From assembly GCA_947626685.1 (NCBI GenBank), contig CANQTD010000001.1, forward strand, positions 34,393 through 98,392: 64,000 nt of DNA, written 5' to 3'. Within the stretch, counting starts at the first letter, position 1; every line of letters starts with the position of its first letter. This DNA comes from an uncultured Clostridia bacterium (GTDB lineage Bacteria; Bacillota; Clostridia; Christensenellales; Borkfalkiaceae). Shown here one piece after another: positions 46,351-54,790 of the stretch. Both the position numbers and the translations under genes were made by a program. The notes beneath the pieces are model-generated. The model saw only the letters and a program-made list of their open reading frames with translations, made no database searches and was not told the origin of the DNA.

Positions 46351-48158
46351 ATTGCCTCCTGCGGCTGAATGTTCATGATCTGAATGATGCCCTCGAAGAT
46401 CTCCTTCGCACACGGAGCGGCGACGGTGGAGCCGTAGTAGCTCCCCTGCGGCTCGTCGATGATGACGAGCGCGAGATACCTCGGGTCGTTTGCGGGAAAG
46501 TATCCGATGAACGAAGAGACGTATTTCCCCTGCGCGATGGCGCCGTTTTCGTATTTTTGCGCGGTCCCCGTCTTTCCCGCGACGCGATACCCATCTATGT
46601 ACGCGTGTTTGCCGCTCCCGTCCCGCACGACGCCTTCGAGCATGCCCGAGAGCATGGCGGACGCCTCCTTGCTCACCGTTCTGCCGACGAGGGCGGGTTT
46701 GAGCTTTTCCCTCACGCTCCCGTCCGACGAATAGATCTCGGAGACGAGGCGGGGGCTGTAATAGTAGCCGCCGTTGACGGCGGACGCCGCGGCGCAGGCG
46801 AGCTGGAGGGGCGTGACCGCGATCGACTGCCCGAATCCTATGCGGGAAAAATCGCAGTCTCGGAGCGTGCTCTCGGGGAGGAGCATGCCGATCGCTTCCC
46901 CCGAAAAGTCGATGCCCGTCGCCCTGCCGAAACGGAATTTGGCGAGATAGTCGTAAAAAGTCTCCTTGCCGAGCGCGAGCGCGATGTCCACGAAACAGGG
47001 ATTGCAGCTGTTGTTCAACGCCTCCGCGAGCGTCTGGTTGACGTGCTTCCCGTTTTTATGGTCGCTCCAGCACTTGATCGTCGTGCCGTCCACCGTGCGC
47101 GTCCGCGCGCTCGAAAAGACGTGCGTCGCGGGATCGAGGGCGCGCCCGTTTCCCTTGAGGTATTCCTCGATATCGGCGGCGGCGGTGACGATCTTGAACG
47201 TCGAGCCCGGTTCGTACACGTCGGAGACGAGCGCGTTGCGGGAAAGCGCGTTGAGGGTCTCCATATCGTTGCGGGGGATCTCGTTGAGGTCGTACGAGGG
47301 CAGGTTCACCATAGCGAGGACGGAAAAATCGCGCGGGTCGAGCACGACGGCGCGCGCCGCCTTTGCGGAGGAACCCGCGAGCGCCCTTCCCATGACCTCC
47401 TCGGAGAGGGCCTGGATGCGGTAGTCGAGCGTGAGGCGCACGTTCAGGCCGTCGGTGGCGGGATAGAAGGCGGCGGAACTGCCCTCGACGTCCACGCCGA
47501 CGAGATCGGTCTCAAAGAGGATCTCCCCGTTCTCGCCCGCAAGGTAACTGTTGTAGTACCCCTCGATGCCCGTCGTCCCCGAGCGGTCGTACGCCGTGAA
47601 GCCGATCACCTGGCTCGCGAGCGCGCCGTACGGATAGACGCGTTCGTCGCTGCGCGCGTAGTAAACGCCCCGCATCTCCGTCTCCGCGATCTTCTCCACC
47701 GTCTCCTTCGCCGCACTGCGGGAGAGCACGATCTCCGACTTCGACTTGTCCGTGAGCTTGCGGAGCAGAACCTCGTACGGCTCCCCCAATGCGTCCGAAA
47801 GGATGCGCGCGGACTGCTCCGCGTCCTGCACGGCGTTGGCGCGCGCGTAGACCCCGAAATTGGCGCGGTTTGCGGCGAGCACCTCCCCGTTTCTGTCCAC
47901 GATCAGCCCTCTGCCCGCGTTCACGGGGATCTCGCGCGTCCATTGGTCGAGGGCGAGATAGTGCAGATCGTCCTCCCAGATGAGCTGGATATAGAAGAAT
48001 CTCCCCAAAAAAATGCAAAAAAGAAAGGTTATCGCGAATAGAACTGCGCGTAACCTCTTCTGTATGGTCGTGACCGAAAAATTGTTTTTCGTTTTTTTGA
48101 TCTTGTTTCCCTCCGGACGACGGATTAACGGTAGAGATCCGGCTGTCCTGCCGCCCAA
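46347..48158 (-). CDS. class B penicillin-binding protein (FtsI/PBP2B/SpoVD type transpeptidase)
   Basis: It has STFK (EPGSTFKIV), SxN (NSCN) and KTGT (AGKTGTA). An N-terminal TM segment is present. The start codon is unresolved: the ORF-track start is a TTG overlapping ftsL by 34 nt. Confidence 0.88.
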   Translation of the reverse strand: MGGRTAGSLPLIRRPEGNKIKKTKNNFSVTTIQKRLRAVLFAITFLFCIFLGRFFYIQLIWEDDLHYLALDQWTREIPVNAGRGLIVDRNGEVLAANRANFGVYARANAVQDAEQSARILSDALGEPYEVLLRKLTDKSKSEIVLSRSAAKETVEKIAETEMRGVYYARSDERVYPYGALASQVIGFTAYDRSGTTGIEGYYNSYLAGENGEILFETDLVGVDVEGSSAAFYPATDGLNVRLTLDYRIQALSEEVMGRALAGSSAKAARAVVLDPRDFSVLAMVNLPSYDLNEIPRNDMETLNALSRNALVSDVYEPGSTFKIVTAAADIEEYLKGNGRALDPATHVFSSARTRTVDGTTIKCWSDHKNGKHVNQTLAEALNNSCNPCFVDIALALGKETFYDYLAKFRFGRATGIDFSGEAIGMLLPESTLRDCDFSRIGFGQSIAVTPLQLACAAASAVNGGYYYSPRLVSEIYSSDGSVREKLKPALVGRTVSKEASAMLSGMLEGVVRDGSGKHAYIDGYRVAGKTGTAQKYENGAIAQGKYVSSFIGYFPANDPRYLALVIIDEPQGSYYGSTVAAPCAKEIFEGIIQIMNIQPQEAI

Positions 48159-48877
48159 TCGTCGATCGTACCGGGATCGGTCTCGTATTCGATCTGCTGT
48201 TCGAGCTCTGCCGAGCGGCGGGCAAGGCGGTCGAGTTCAAGCTGTTTGTTTGCGATGTCCGCGTCGATATTGCCGATGACGGCGGTATTGATGCAGACGA
48301 TCATGAGCGCGACGACAATGACCGTGACGACGGCGGCGATGAGCACCTTCGTCTTGGTCGTGAGAGCGGCCCAAAAGCCGTTCTGCGGCTCGGTGATCAT
48401 TTCTTCGACGGCGGGACGCTGCAAATGCTGCATGGTGCGCGCCGTGGGACGGGTGTCCTCGGTCTCGGCTTCCGCCTCTGCGGAGGCGGCGGGCGCGGGA
48501 GCGGGGGCAGCCTCATATACGGGCTCATAGACGAGCTCCGCCGCGGCTGTATCGCGCGGTCCCGTCGTATAGCATCCCTGTTTGTAAGTCTCATCCTCGA
48601 AGAGGATCTTCTTCCCCTGCTGCACGGCGGGATGCGGCGTGTAGTCCGCAAGGCGCGCGGCGTTGACGGAGGAAGGGTCTACGTTCACGAACGCGGGAGC
48701 GGCGGGAGCCGTCTCGGGATACGTTGTCTCCTCTCTGTACGAAGATGTTTCGCGCTCTTTGGTGGTGCCCATCGCGCTGTCCAAAAGTCTCTTGTAGTTC
48801 TCAGATATTCCCTTGTTGTGTTCTATCGCCTCCATGTTCTCGGCGGCGGGTCTGGTTTCGATCGTCTGGTCTGCCAC
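48125..48877 (-). CDS. FtsL-like cell division protein with a long low-complexity cytoplasmic N-terminal region
   Basis: Its position between rsmH and the PBP gene fits ftsL. A TM segment (VLIAAVVTVIVVALMIVCI) is followed by a short coiled coil (QLELDRLARRSAELEQQIE). The start was set at a GTG 9 nt after AGGAGA; the ORF-track TTG at 48907 is an alternative. Confidence 0.6.
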   Translation of the reverse strand: MADQTIETRPAAENMEAIEHNKGISENYKRLLDSAMGTTKERETSSYREETTYPETAPAAPAFVNVDPSSVNAARLADYTPHPAVQQGKKILFEDETYKQGCYTTGPRDTAAAELVYEPVYEAAPAPAPAASAEAEAETEDTRPTARTMQHLQRPAVEEMITEPQNGFWAALTTKTKVLIAAVVTVIVVALMIVCINTAVIGNIDADIANKQLELDRLARRSAELEQQIEYETDPGTIDDWAAGQPDLYR

Positions 48878-48920
48878 GGTATGCACTCTCCTTATCGTAT
48901 TCCGCAATTTGCCCGTCTAT

Positions 48921-49847
48921 TCATAGTTTTCGGGCGATCCTCAGTTTCGCGCTCTTGCTGCGCGGGTTGTTCTCCACCTCTTCCTGCGTTGCGGTAAGAG
49001 GCTTCTTGGTGATGATCTCGATCTCCTGCTTTTTCCCGCATACGCATACGGGAAAGTTCTTCGGACAAACACACGCGGTCGCGAGGTCGCGAAACACCTC
49101 TTTCACGATTTTGTCCTCGAGCGAGTGAAAGGTCAGAATGCACGCCCTGCCGTCCGGCTTTAACCTTCTCACAAAGGCGGAAACACATTCTCGGAGCCCT
49201 TCAAGCTCGCCGTTTACCTCGATGCGGACGGCTTGGAATACCTTCCTCGCACATGCCGCAGAGCGGAATTTCGGGGGGATACCCGCTTCGACGAGCTCTC
49301 TGAGCGCGCCCGCCGTTCTGATCCTTTCACGTTCCCGCGCAAGGACGATGTTCCTTGCGATCGGACCGGCAAAACTCTCTTCGCCGTATTCGCGGAAAAT
49401 GCGCTTCAACGCTTGCTCGGAATAGGTATTGACGACCTCTTCCGCCGTGAGAGAAGCGCGCGTATCCATACGCATATCGAGAGGCGCGCCGGGCATGCGG
49501 TAGGCAAACCCTCTGCGCTCGTCGTCGATCTGATGGGAGGAGACCCCGAGATCGGCAAGGACGCCGTCTATCTTCCCGATCCCCTCGCTATCGAGAACCG
49601 TTTCGAAATTTTTGAAGTCCGTTCTGTGGAGGGAAAACCGACCCGCAAAGGGCGCGAGCCTTTTTTCCGCTTCGGCGATCGCGTCGCCGTCCTTATCCAG
49701 AGCTATGAGCCGCACCGTGGGATTGGACCGCAGGATCTCAAACGAGTGCCCTCCGCCTCCGACGGTCGCGTCGAGATAGACGCCGCCGTCCTTGAGCGAG
49801 AGCCCTTCGATCACTTCGCACGGCATGATCGGCTTGTGATAGCCCAT
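48921..49847 (-). CDS. rsmH: 16S rRNA (cytosine1402-N4)-methyltransferase
   Basis: It has HKPIMPCEV...YLDATVGGGGHS, DLGVSSHQ and FHSLEDK. Confidence 0.96.
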   Translation of the reverse strand: MGYHKPIMPCEVIEGLSLKDGGVYLDATVGGGGHSFEILRSNPTVRLIALDKDGDAIAEAEKRLAPFAGRFSLHRTDFKNFETVLDSEGIGKIDGVLADLGVSSHQIDDERRGFAYRMPGAPLDMRMDTRASLTAEEVVNTYSEQALKRIFREYGEESFAGPIARNIVLARERERIRTAGALRELVEAGIPPKFRSAACARKVFQAVRIEVNGELEGLRECVSAFVRRLKPDGRACILTFHSLEDKIVKEVFRDLATACVCPKNFPVCVCGKKQEIEIITKKPLTATQEEVENNPRSKSAKLRIARKL

Positions 49848-49848
49848 C

Positions 49849-50304
49849 TCAGCTCTCCCTTTTCTGTTTGCCCGCGATCTCGTTCGCGAGCGAAACGCTC
49901 ATGGGATCCTGATCCGCTTCGTACCTGCTCAGCAGCCAAAGTTCCACATAGTCGCCCATTCCGACGGAGATGAGCTCGGTGTGGTCCTTATCCGCTCCGA
50001 TGTACTCGCGCACCCTCTTGGAGAGCGTGATCCTCCCCTGCGTGTCCTCTTCGATGTCCTCAACGCGGCTCATGAAGAAACGCTTGGCGCGCAGCAGTTC
50101 CTCGTTCGTTGCGTCCGCTTCCGCATACGATCCGAAGCGCCGTTCGAGTACGCTGTCCGTCATGATGGCGATCGCCCCTTCCGAATAGAAAACGAAATGA
50201 AGGTCCTCGTTCTCCTTCGCAAAGGCCGCCCTGAACTTGGCGGGTATCCTTATTCTGTTTTTCGCGTCCATACCGTGGGGCGCCATTCCCGTCAGGAGTT
50301 TCAT
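49849..50304 (-). CDS. mraZ: transcriptional regulator MraZ
   Basis: It has two SpoVT/AbrB-like repeats (MDAKNRIRIPAKFR and DTQGRITLSKRVRE). The start is ambiguous among 50319, 50304 and 50286. Confidence 0.88.
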   Translation of the reverse strand: MKLLTGMAPHGMDAKNRIRIPAKFRAAFAKENEDLHFVFYSEGAIAIMTDSVLERRFGSYAEADATNEELLRAKRFFMSRVEDIEEDTQGRITLSKRVREYIGADKDHTELISVGMGDYVELWLLSRYEADQDPMSVSLANEIAGKQKRES

Positions 50305-50338
50305 GCGTGACTCGAACACCTTTCGCTGTGATGATCAT

Positions 50339-50367
50339 ATTATATCACCACCTTTGGTCTCTGTCAA
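50339..50367 (-). promoter_or_regulatory. P_mraZ (TTGACA-17-TATAAT)
   Basis: The minus strand reads TTGACAgagaccaaaggtggtgaTATAAT. Confidence 0.75.
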
Positions 50368-50381
50368 CCACTTCTGACCAC
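50347..50381 (-). promoter_or_regulatory. three GTGGT direct repeats (candidate MraZ boxes) overlapping P_mraZ
   Basis: The minus strand reads aaGTGGTcagaaGTGGTtgacagagaccaaagGTGGTga. The box starts are 10 and 30 nt apart. Confidence 0.5.
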
Positions 50382-50397
50382 TTTTTTCCATCAAATT

Positions 50398-51183
50398 TCA
50401 AAAAGATTGAGAACATATGTTCGTAATAAACACATATCTGTTCATATGTTTAGATTCTCCGAGAAAATTGATGGAAAAACTCGAAAATTTGTTTTGTTTT
50501 ATGCTATCATGCCCCCGTTTTCGGTGTGGTCTGAAGTGGTCAGGATTTTTTTCGGAAAGGAGGCGGGCGACCTGTCCCGCGGTCCCCTCCGCCCCGTCAT
50601 AGACGGGGCAATGCAAATATTTTGCGATTTCGTCCGCGATGAGAGCGTAGTGCGTGCACCCCAAAACGGCGCAATCGCAGCGGATCTCGGGAATGTGGAC
50701 GGAAAGGGCCAAACGTTCCCCGCGGCAAAAATGCGCCTCCACCGCGGCCGCGAGACGGGGCGCGGGAAAGACGGTGAAATGCGTCTCCGGGAAGCGATCT
50801 ATGAGCGTTTTGAGGCGGTCGCTCTCCGCCGTGCGCGGAGTGGCGAGGACGAGCACCTCCCTGTGCGCTTTGGCGGCCTGTGCGACGGCGGGTTCCACGC
50901 CGACGACGGGGAAGGAAAACCTCTTCCGCATCTCCCCGATGCAGACGGCCGTCGCCGTATTGCAGGCAACGACGGCAAGGTCCGCCCCTCTCCTTTCGAA
51001 CATAGCGAGCGCGCGGCCCGTGAGACGGGCGATCTCTTCTTTCGGAAGGCTTCCGTACGGCGCGTTCCCGTTGTCTCCGAAATAGTAATAGCGCGCTTGG
51101 GGAATGCGGGAGAGACAGGCTCTGAGGACGGAGAGTCCGCCGATCCCGCTGTCGAAGATGCCCACTTTTGGACGCCGGTCCAT
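50398..51183 (-). CDS. murI: glutamate racemase
   Basis: It has IGIFDSGIGGLSVL, VACNTAT and LGCTHY. Confidence 0.94.
   Translation of the reverse strand: MDRRPKVGIFDSGIGGLSVLRACLSRIPQARYYYFGDNGNAPYGSLPKEEIARLTGRALAMFERRGADLAVVACNTATAVCIGEMRKRFSFPVVGVEPAVAQAAKAHREVLVLATPRTAESDRLKTLIDRFPETHFTVFPAPRLAAAVEAHFCRGERLALSVHIPEIRCDCAVLGCTHYALIADEIAKYLHCPVYDGAEGTAGQVARLLSEKNPDHFRPHRKRGHDSIKQNKFSSFSINFLGESKHMNRYVFITNICSQSF
50410..50423. promoter_or_regulatory. LexA (Cheo/SOS) box-like palindrome CGAACATATGTTCT
   Basis: It matches 13 of the 14 positions of the Firmicutes consensus CGAACRNRYGTTYC. It lies in the last codons of murI, ~45 bp upstream of the mraZ -35. Confidence 0.4.
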
Positions 51184-51245
51184 GAAGTTTGCCTCCTTTT
51201 TTGCAAAATTTACGATTTTTTTTGCGCTTTGCCCTTGAAAAACAG

Positions 51246-51274
51246 TTTACAAGGGATTTATTTTATGTTAGAAT
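51246..51274 (+). promoter_or_regulatory. rpsT promoter (TTTACA-17-TAGAAT)
   Basis: The sequence is TTTACAagggatttattttatgtTAGAAT. Confidence 0.55.
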
Positions 51275-51317
51275 AACTAAGGTTATTCGAGAAAAGTTTC
51301 AAAGGAGTAAATATACC

Positions 51318-51584
51318 GTGTCCAACATCAAGTCCGCAAAGAAGCGCGTTTTGGTTACCGAGAAGAAAACCGCAGAGAACAAGGCCGTGAAGTCCGCCCT
51401 GAAAACGCAGATCAAGAAGTTCCTCGCCGCCGTCAGCGCAGGCGACAAGGCGCTTGCCGAAAAGCTCTATCCCGAGACCGTCTCCGCGATCGACTCCGCC
51501 GTGACGAAAGGCATTCTTCATAAGAACAACGCCAACAACAAGAAGGCGAAGCTCGCGAAAAAGCTCACCTCTCTCGCTGCGTAA
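51318..51584 (+). CDS. rpsT: 30S ribosomal protein S20
   Basis: A GTG start follows AAGGAG. The N-terminus is (M)SNIKSAKKRVLVTEKKTAENKA. It is 88 aa long. Confidence 0.9.
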   Translation: MSNIKSAKKRVLVTEKKTAENKAVKSALKTQIKKFLAAVSAGDKALAEKLYPETVSAIDSAVTKGILHKNNANNKKAKLAKKLTSLAA

Positions 51585-51604
51585 GGCGCAAGCCCGTATT
51601 TTTC

Positions 51605-51636
51605 GGCGTCCGCTTTTTTCGGCGGACGTCTTTTCT
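51605..51636 (+). terminator. rpsT terminator
   Basis: The sequence is GGCGTCCGCttttttcgGCGGACGTC followed by TTTTCT. Confidence 0.6.
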
Positions 51637-51720
51637 GTTCCCGCGCGCACGCGGGCGATACCATAAAATATAAATATTCACGAAAAATGTAAAATTCGAT
51701 CATTTTCGCAAAAAACCGAA

Positions 51721-51756
51721 AAATGCCCGCGAACTGTTTGACAGACGCGGGCATTT
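51721..51756 (-). terminator. 11-bp perfect inverted repeat, terminator-like on the minus strand
   Basis: The sequence is AAATGCCCGCG-N14-CGCGGGCATTT. On the minus strand the stem is followed by TTTTTCGGTTTTTT. The loop contains the TTGACA of the plus-strand promoter below. Confidence 0.4.
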
Positions 51757-51766
51757 ATACTATACT
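51738..51766 (+). promoter_or_regulatory. candidate promoter of the HTH-cupin/pot operon (TTGACA-17-TATACT)
   Basis: The sequence is TTGACAgacgcgggcatttatacTATACT, giving a ~100-nt leader. Confidence 0.5.
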
Positions 51767-51873
51767 CTCACCGTCGTGCGGTTTATTTTTATTAAACTTT
51801 TAGTTTAGTTTTACGAGAGTTTCGTATAAAATGGCAAAAAGTTTACAAATACTAAACCGACGCGGGAGGAAAC

Positions 51874-52407
51874 ATGGAACTCGGAGCAAAACTTCGCGAT
51901 ATGCGCCAGCGAATCGATCTCACGCAGGAGGAGCTCGCCGACCGCTGCGAACTCACGAAAGGATATATTTCGCAACTCGAAAACGACCTGACGAGCCCTT
52001 CCATCGCCACCCTCTGCGATCTTCTCAACGCGCTCGGCAGCAATCTTTCCGACTTTTTCCACGAGGAGACCGAGGAGAAGATCGTTTTCAAGGAAGCGGA
52101 GTTCATCGAAAAGCAATCGGACGGCATGATCTGGAATTGGGTGATCCCCAACGCGCAGAAAAACATGATGGAGCCCGTGCTCGTCGAGCTGGAGGCGGGC
52201 GCGTCCACGCAGCCCGACTTCCCCCATGAGGGCGAGGAGTTCGGCTTCGTGCTCGAGGGCAGGATCTCCGTCGTGCGCGCGGGAGTCCGCCACGCCGCAA
52301 AGAAGGGCGAGAGCTTTTACTTTACGGCGGACAAGGAGCACTATATCGTCAATATCGGGAAGGGCAAGGCGAAATTTCTCTGGATCTCGACGCCGCCCAA
52401 CTTCTGA
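51874..52407 (+). CDS. XRE-family HTH regulator with C-terminal cupin domain (PuuR-like)
   Basis: The HTH segment is LTQEELADRCELTKGYISQLEND. A cupin beta-barrel follows (HEGEEFGFVLEGRI...GESFYF). It lies upstream of potABCD. Confidence 0.85.
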   Translation: MELGAKLRDMRQRIDLTQEELADRCELTKGYISQLENDLTSPSIATLCDLLNALGSNLSDFFHEETEEKIVFKEAEFIEKQSDGMIWNWVIPNAQKNMMEPVLVELEAGASTQPDFPHEGEEFGFVLEGRISVVRAGVRHAAKKGESFYFTADKEHYIVNIGKGKAKFLWISTPPNF

Positions 52408-52478
52408 TAGGCGGGAGCGGCCGCCCGCAGTTGATAAATCGATACAAAAACACGCAACGAAGGATAACGGAGGTTTCT

Positions 52479-53984
52479 ATGGCAGAGCACATCATCGAAC
52501 TTCAGAATGTCACCAAGTACTATGATGACAACCTCGTCATCGACAACGTAAGTTTTTATGTGAACAAGGGAGAGTTCATCACCTTCCTCGGCCCGTCGGG
52601 CTGCGGAAAGACGACGACGCTGCGCATGATCGCGGGGTTCGATCTGCCCTCGAGCGGGAAGATCCTTCTCAACGGGAAGGACATCTCTCTCCTCCCGCCC
52701 AACAGGAGACCGGTCAACACCGTCTTCCAGCGGTACGCCCTCTTCCCCCATCTCAACGTATTCGAAAACATCGCCTTCGGCCTGAAATGCAAAAAGGTGA
52801 AAAACACCTATGAGAACGACAAGGGACAGCAATACACGAAGGTGGAAAAGCTCTCCAAGAAGGAGATCAGGGAAAAGGTGCAGAAAGCGCTCGCCCTCGT
52901 CGACCTCGAAGGGTTCGAGAAGCGTTCCATCTCCACCCTCTCGGGCGGCCAGCAGCAGCGCGTCGCCATTGCGCGCGCGATCGTCAACGAGCCCGAGATC
53001 CTGCTCCTCGACGAGCCCCTCGGCGCCCTCGATCTGAAAATGCGCAAGGAGATGCAGCTCGAGCTCAAAGCGATGCACAAGCGGCTCGGCATCACCTTTA
53101 TCTATGTCACGCACGATCAGGAGGAGGCGCTCACCATGTCGGACACCATCGTCGTCATGGCGGACGGCGTCGTCCAGCAGATCGGCACCCCCACCAAGAT
53201 CTACAACGAGCCCGCGAACACCTTCGTCGCCGACTTCATCGGGGAGAGCAATATTCTGACGGGCACCGTCGTCGGCGACAAACGCGTGAAGTTCTGCGGC
53301 AAGACGTTCGAGTGCCTCGACAAATTCGAGCCGAACGAAATGGTCGACGTCGTCGTGCGGCCCGAGGATATCGTCATGTGCGCGCCCGAAGACGGTACGC
53401 TCGTGGGCGACGTCATCTCCGTCGTGTTCAAGGGCATCCACTATGAGATCACGGCGCAGCTCGGGAAATACGAACTCGTCATCAACTCCACCGAAAGCCG
53501 CGAGGTCGGAGAGCGCATCGGCATGAAGATCGCGCCCGACGGCATCCACCTGATGAAACCCAAATACACGACCAACGTGTTCGACGGCGTGATCACCAAG
53601 CGCAACACCGTGAAATTCGCGGACGGCGAATTTGAATGCGACGTCACCCAGCTGTATCCCGGGAGCCACCTCGACGCGGAGGAATACCTCATCACGGCGG
53701 CGGGCGAGAAGATCGACCTCACCGATACCAAAGTGCGCGTGGAAGTCGGCCTCGACGATATCGAGATCAGCGACGACAGGAACGCGGGCGGGACGACGGG
53801 CCGCATCATTTCCATTATATATAAGGGCGACCACTACCGCCTCATCGTGAGGACGGAGGAGGAAGAGGAGGACTTTGTGTTCTCCACCGACGACCTTTGG
53901 AACGAGAACGACTTCGTCTCCGTGATCATCCCCAAAGATAAGATCAAGCTCACCCTCAAACAGACGGAGGAAAAGAAGAGATGA
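52479..53984 (+). CDS. potA: spermidine/putrescine ABC transporter ATP-binding protein (long form, 501 aa)
   Basis: Internal ATG ([11 protein letters not shown]) with RBS GGAGG. It has Walker [10 protein letters not shown], signature LSGGQQQR and Walker B LLLDEP. It carries an insertion after FGLK and an extended C-terminal regulatory region. Confidence 0.9.
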   Translation: MAEHIIELQNVTKYYDDNLVIDNVSFYVNKGEFITFLGPSGCGKTTTLRMIAGFDLPSSGKILLNGKDISLLPPNRRPVNTVFQRYALFPHLNVFENIAFGLKCKKVKNTYENDKGQQYTKVEKLSKKEIREKVQKALALVDLEGFEKRSISTLSGGQQQRVAIARAIVNEPEILLLDEPLGALDLKMRKEMQLELKAMHKRLGITFIYVTHDQEEALTMSDTIVVMADGVVQQIGTPTKIYNEPANTFVADFIGESNILTGTVVGDKRVKFCGKTFECLDKFEPNEMVDVVVRPEDIVMCAPEDGTLVGDVISVVFKGIHYEITAQLGKYELVINSTESREVGERIGMKIAPDGIHLMKPKYTTNVFDGVITKRNTVKFADGEFECDVTQLYPGSHLDAEEYLITAAGEKIDLTDTKVRVEVGLDDIEISDDRNAGGTTGRIISIIYKGDHYRLIVRTEEEEEDFVFSTDDLWNENDFVSVIIPKDKIKLTLKQTEEKKR

Positions 53985-54790
53985 AGATCCCCCGTTTCTC
54001 CCGCAAGACGCTCTGCATCCCGTATGCCGTCTTTCTCATCTTCTTTGTGATCATCCCCATGCTCGTGATCGTGTTCTATGCGTTCACAGACAAGAACATG
54101 CACATTTCGCTGGGGAATTTCATCCGCTTCTTCTCCGACCCGACGAAGCTCTCCACCATCGTCTATTCCCTCGTCATCGCCCTCATCACGACGGTCATCT
54201 GCCTTTTGATCGCCTATCCCGTCGCCTATATCCTCGCGCGGAGCAAAATGAAGCGGAAGTTCGTCATTCTGATGCTCTTCGTACTTCCCATGTGGATCAA
54301 TTTCGTCCTCCGCGTGAACGCCCTCCGGGAGCTCTTCAACCTGCTCTCCTCCCTCGGCGGAATGGAATGGCTCGCAAGTTCGAATTACTTCAAGACGGTG
54401 TTCGGCATGGTCTACGACTTTCTGCCCTTCATGATCCTGCCCCTCTACACGACGATGCTCAAGATCGATCCGTCGCTGTATGAGGCGAGCGCCGACCTCG
54501 GGGCAAACGGGTTTACGACGTTCACCCGCATCACGGTCCCCCTCTCGATGCCCGGCATCATGAGCGGCGTGACGATGGTGTTCCTCCCCTCGATGACCAA
54601 CTACGTCGTCTCGGACATGCTCGGCAACGCGAAGGTCACCATCATCGGGAAATTTATCTCCGATTATTTCGGCAACGACTGGCACATGGGTTCGATGATC
54701 GCGCTCGTGCTGCTTATCGTCGTCTTTGTCTCCACATGGCTCACGGGCGGCTTTAAGTCCGAAGAAAACGTCAGGGGGGCGAATCTGTGA
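53981..54790 (+). CDS. potB: spermidine/putrescine ABC transporter permease
   Basis: It is a six-TM permease with an EAA-like loop (YEASADLGANGFTTFTRITVP). Its ATGA overlaps the potA stop. Confidence 0.9.
   Translation: MKIPRFSRKTLCIPYAVFLIFFVIIPMLVIVFYAFTDKNMHISLGNFIRFFSDPTKLSTIVYSLVIALITTVICLLIAYPVAYILARSKMKRKFVILMLFVLPMWINFVLRVNALRELFNLLSSLGGMEWLASSNYFKTVFGMVYDFLPFMILPLYTTMLKIDPSLYEASADLGANGFTTFTRITVPLSMPGIMSGVTMVFLPSMTNYVVSDMLGNAKVTIIGKFISDYFGNDWHMGSMIALVLLIVVFVSTWLTGGFKSEENVRGANL

Noticed and set aside
50440-50451. Second LexA-like sequence GTTCATATGTTT.
   Set aside because: The half-sites are in the wrong orientation (GTTC...GTTT, not GAAC...GTTC). It is only an inverted partner of the first box.
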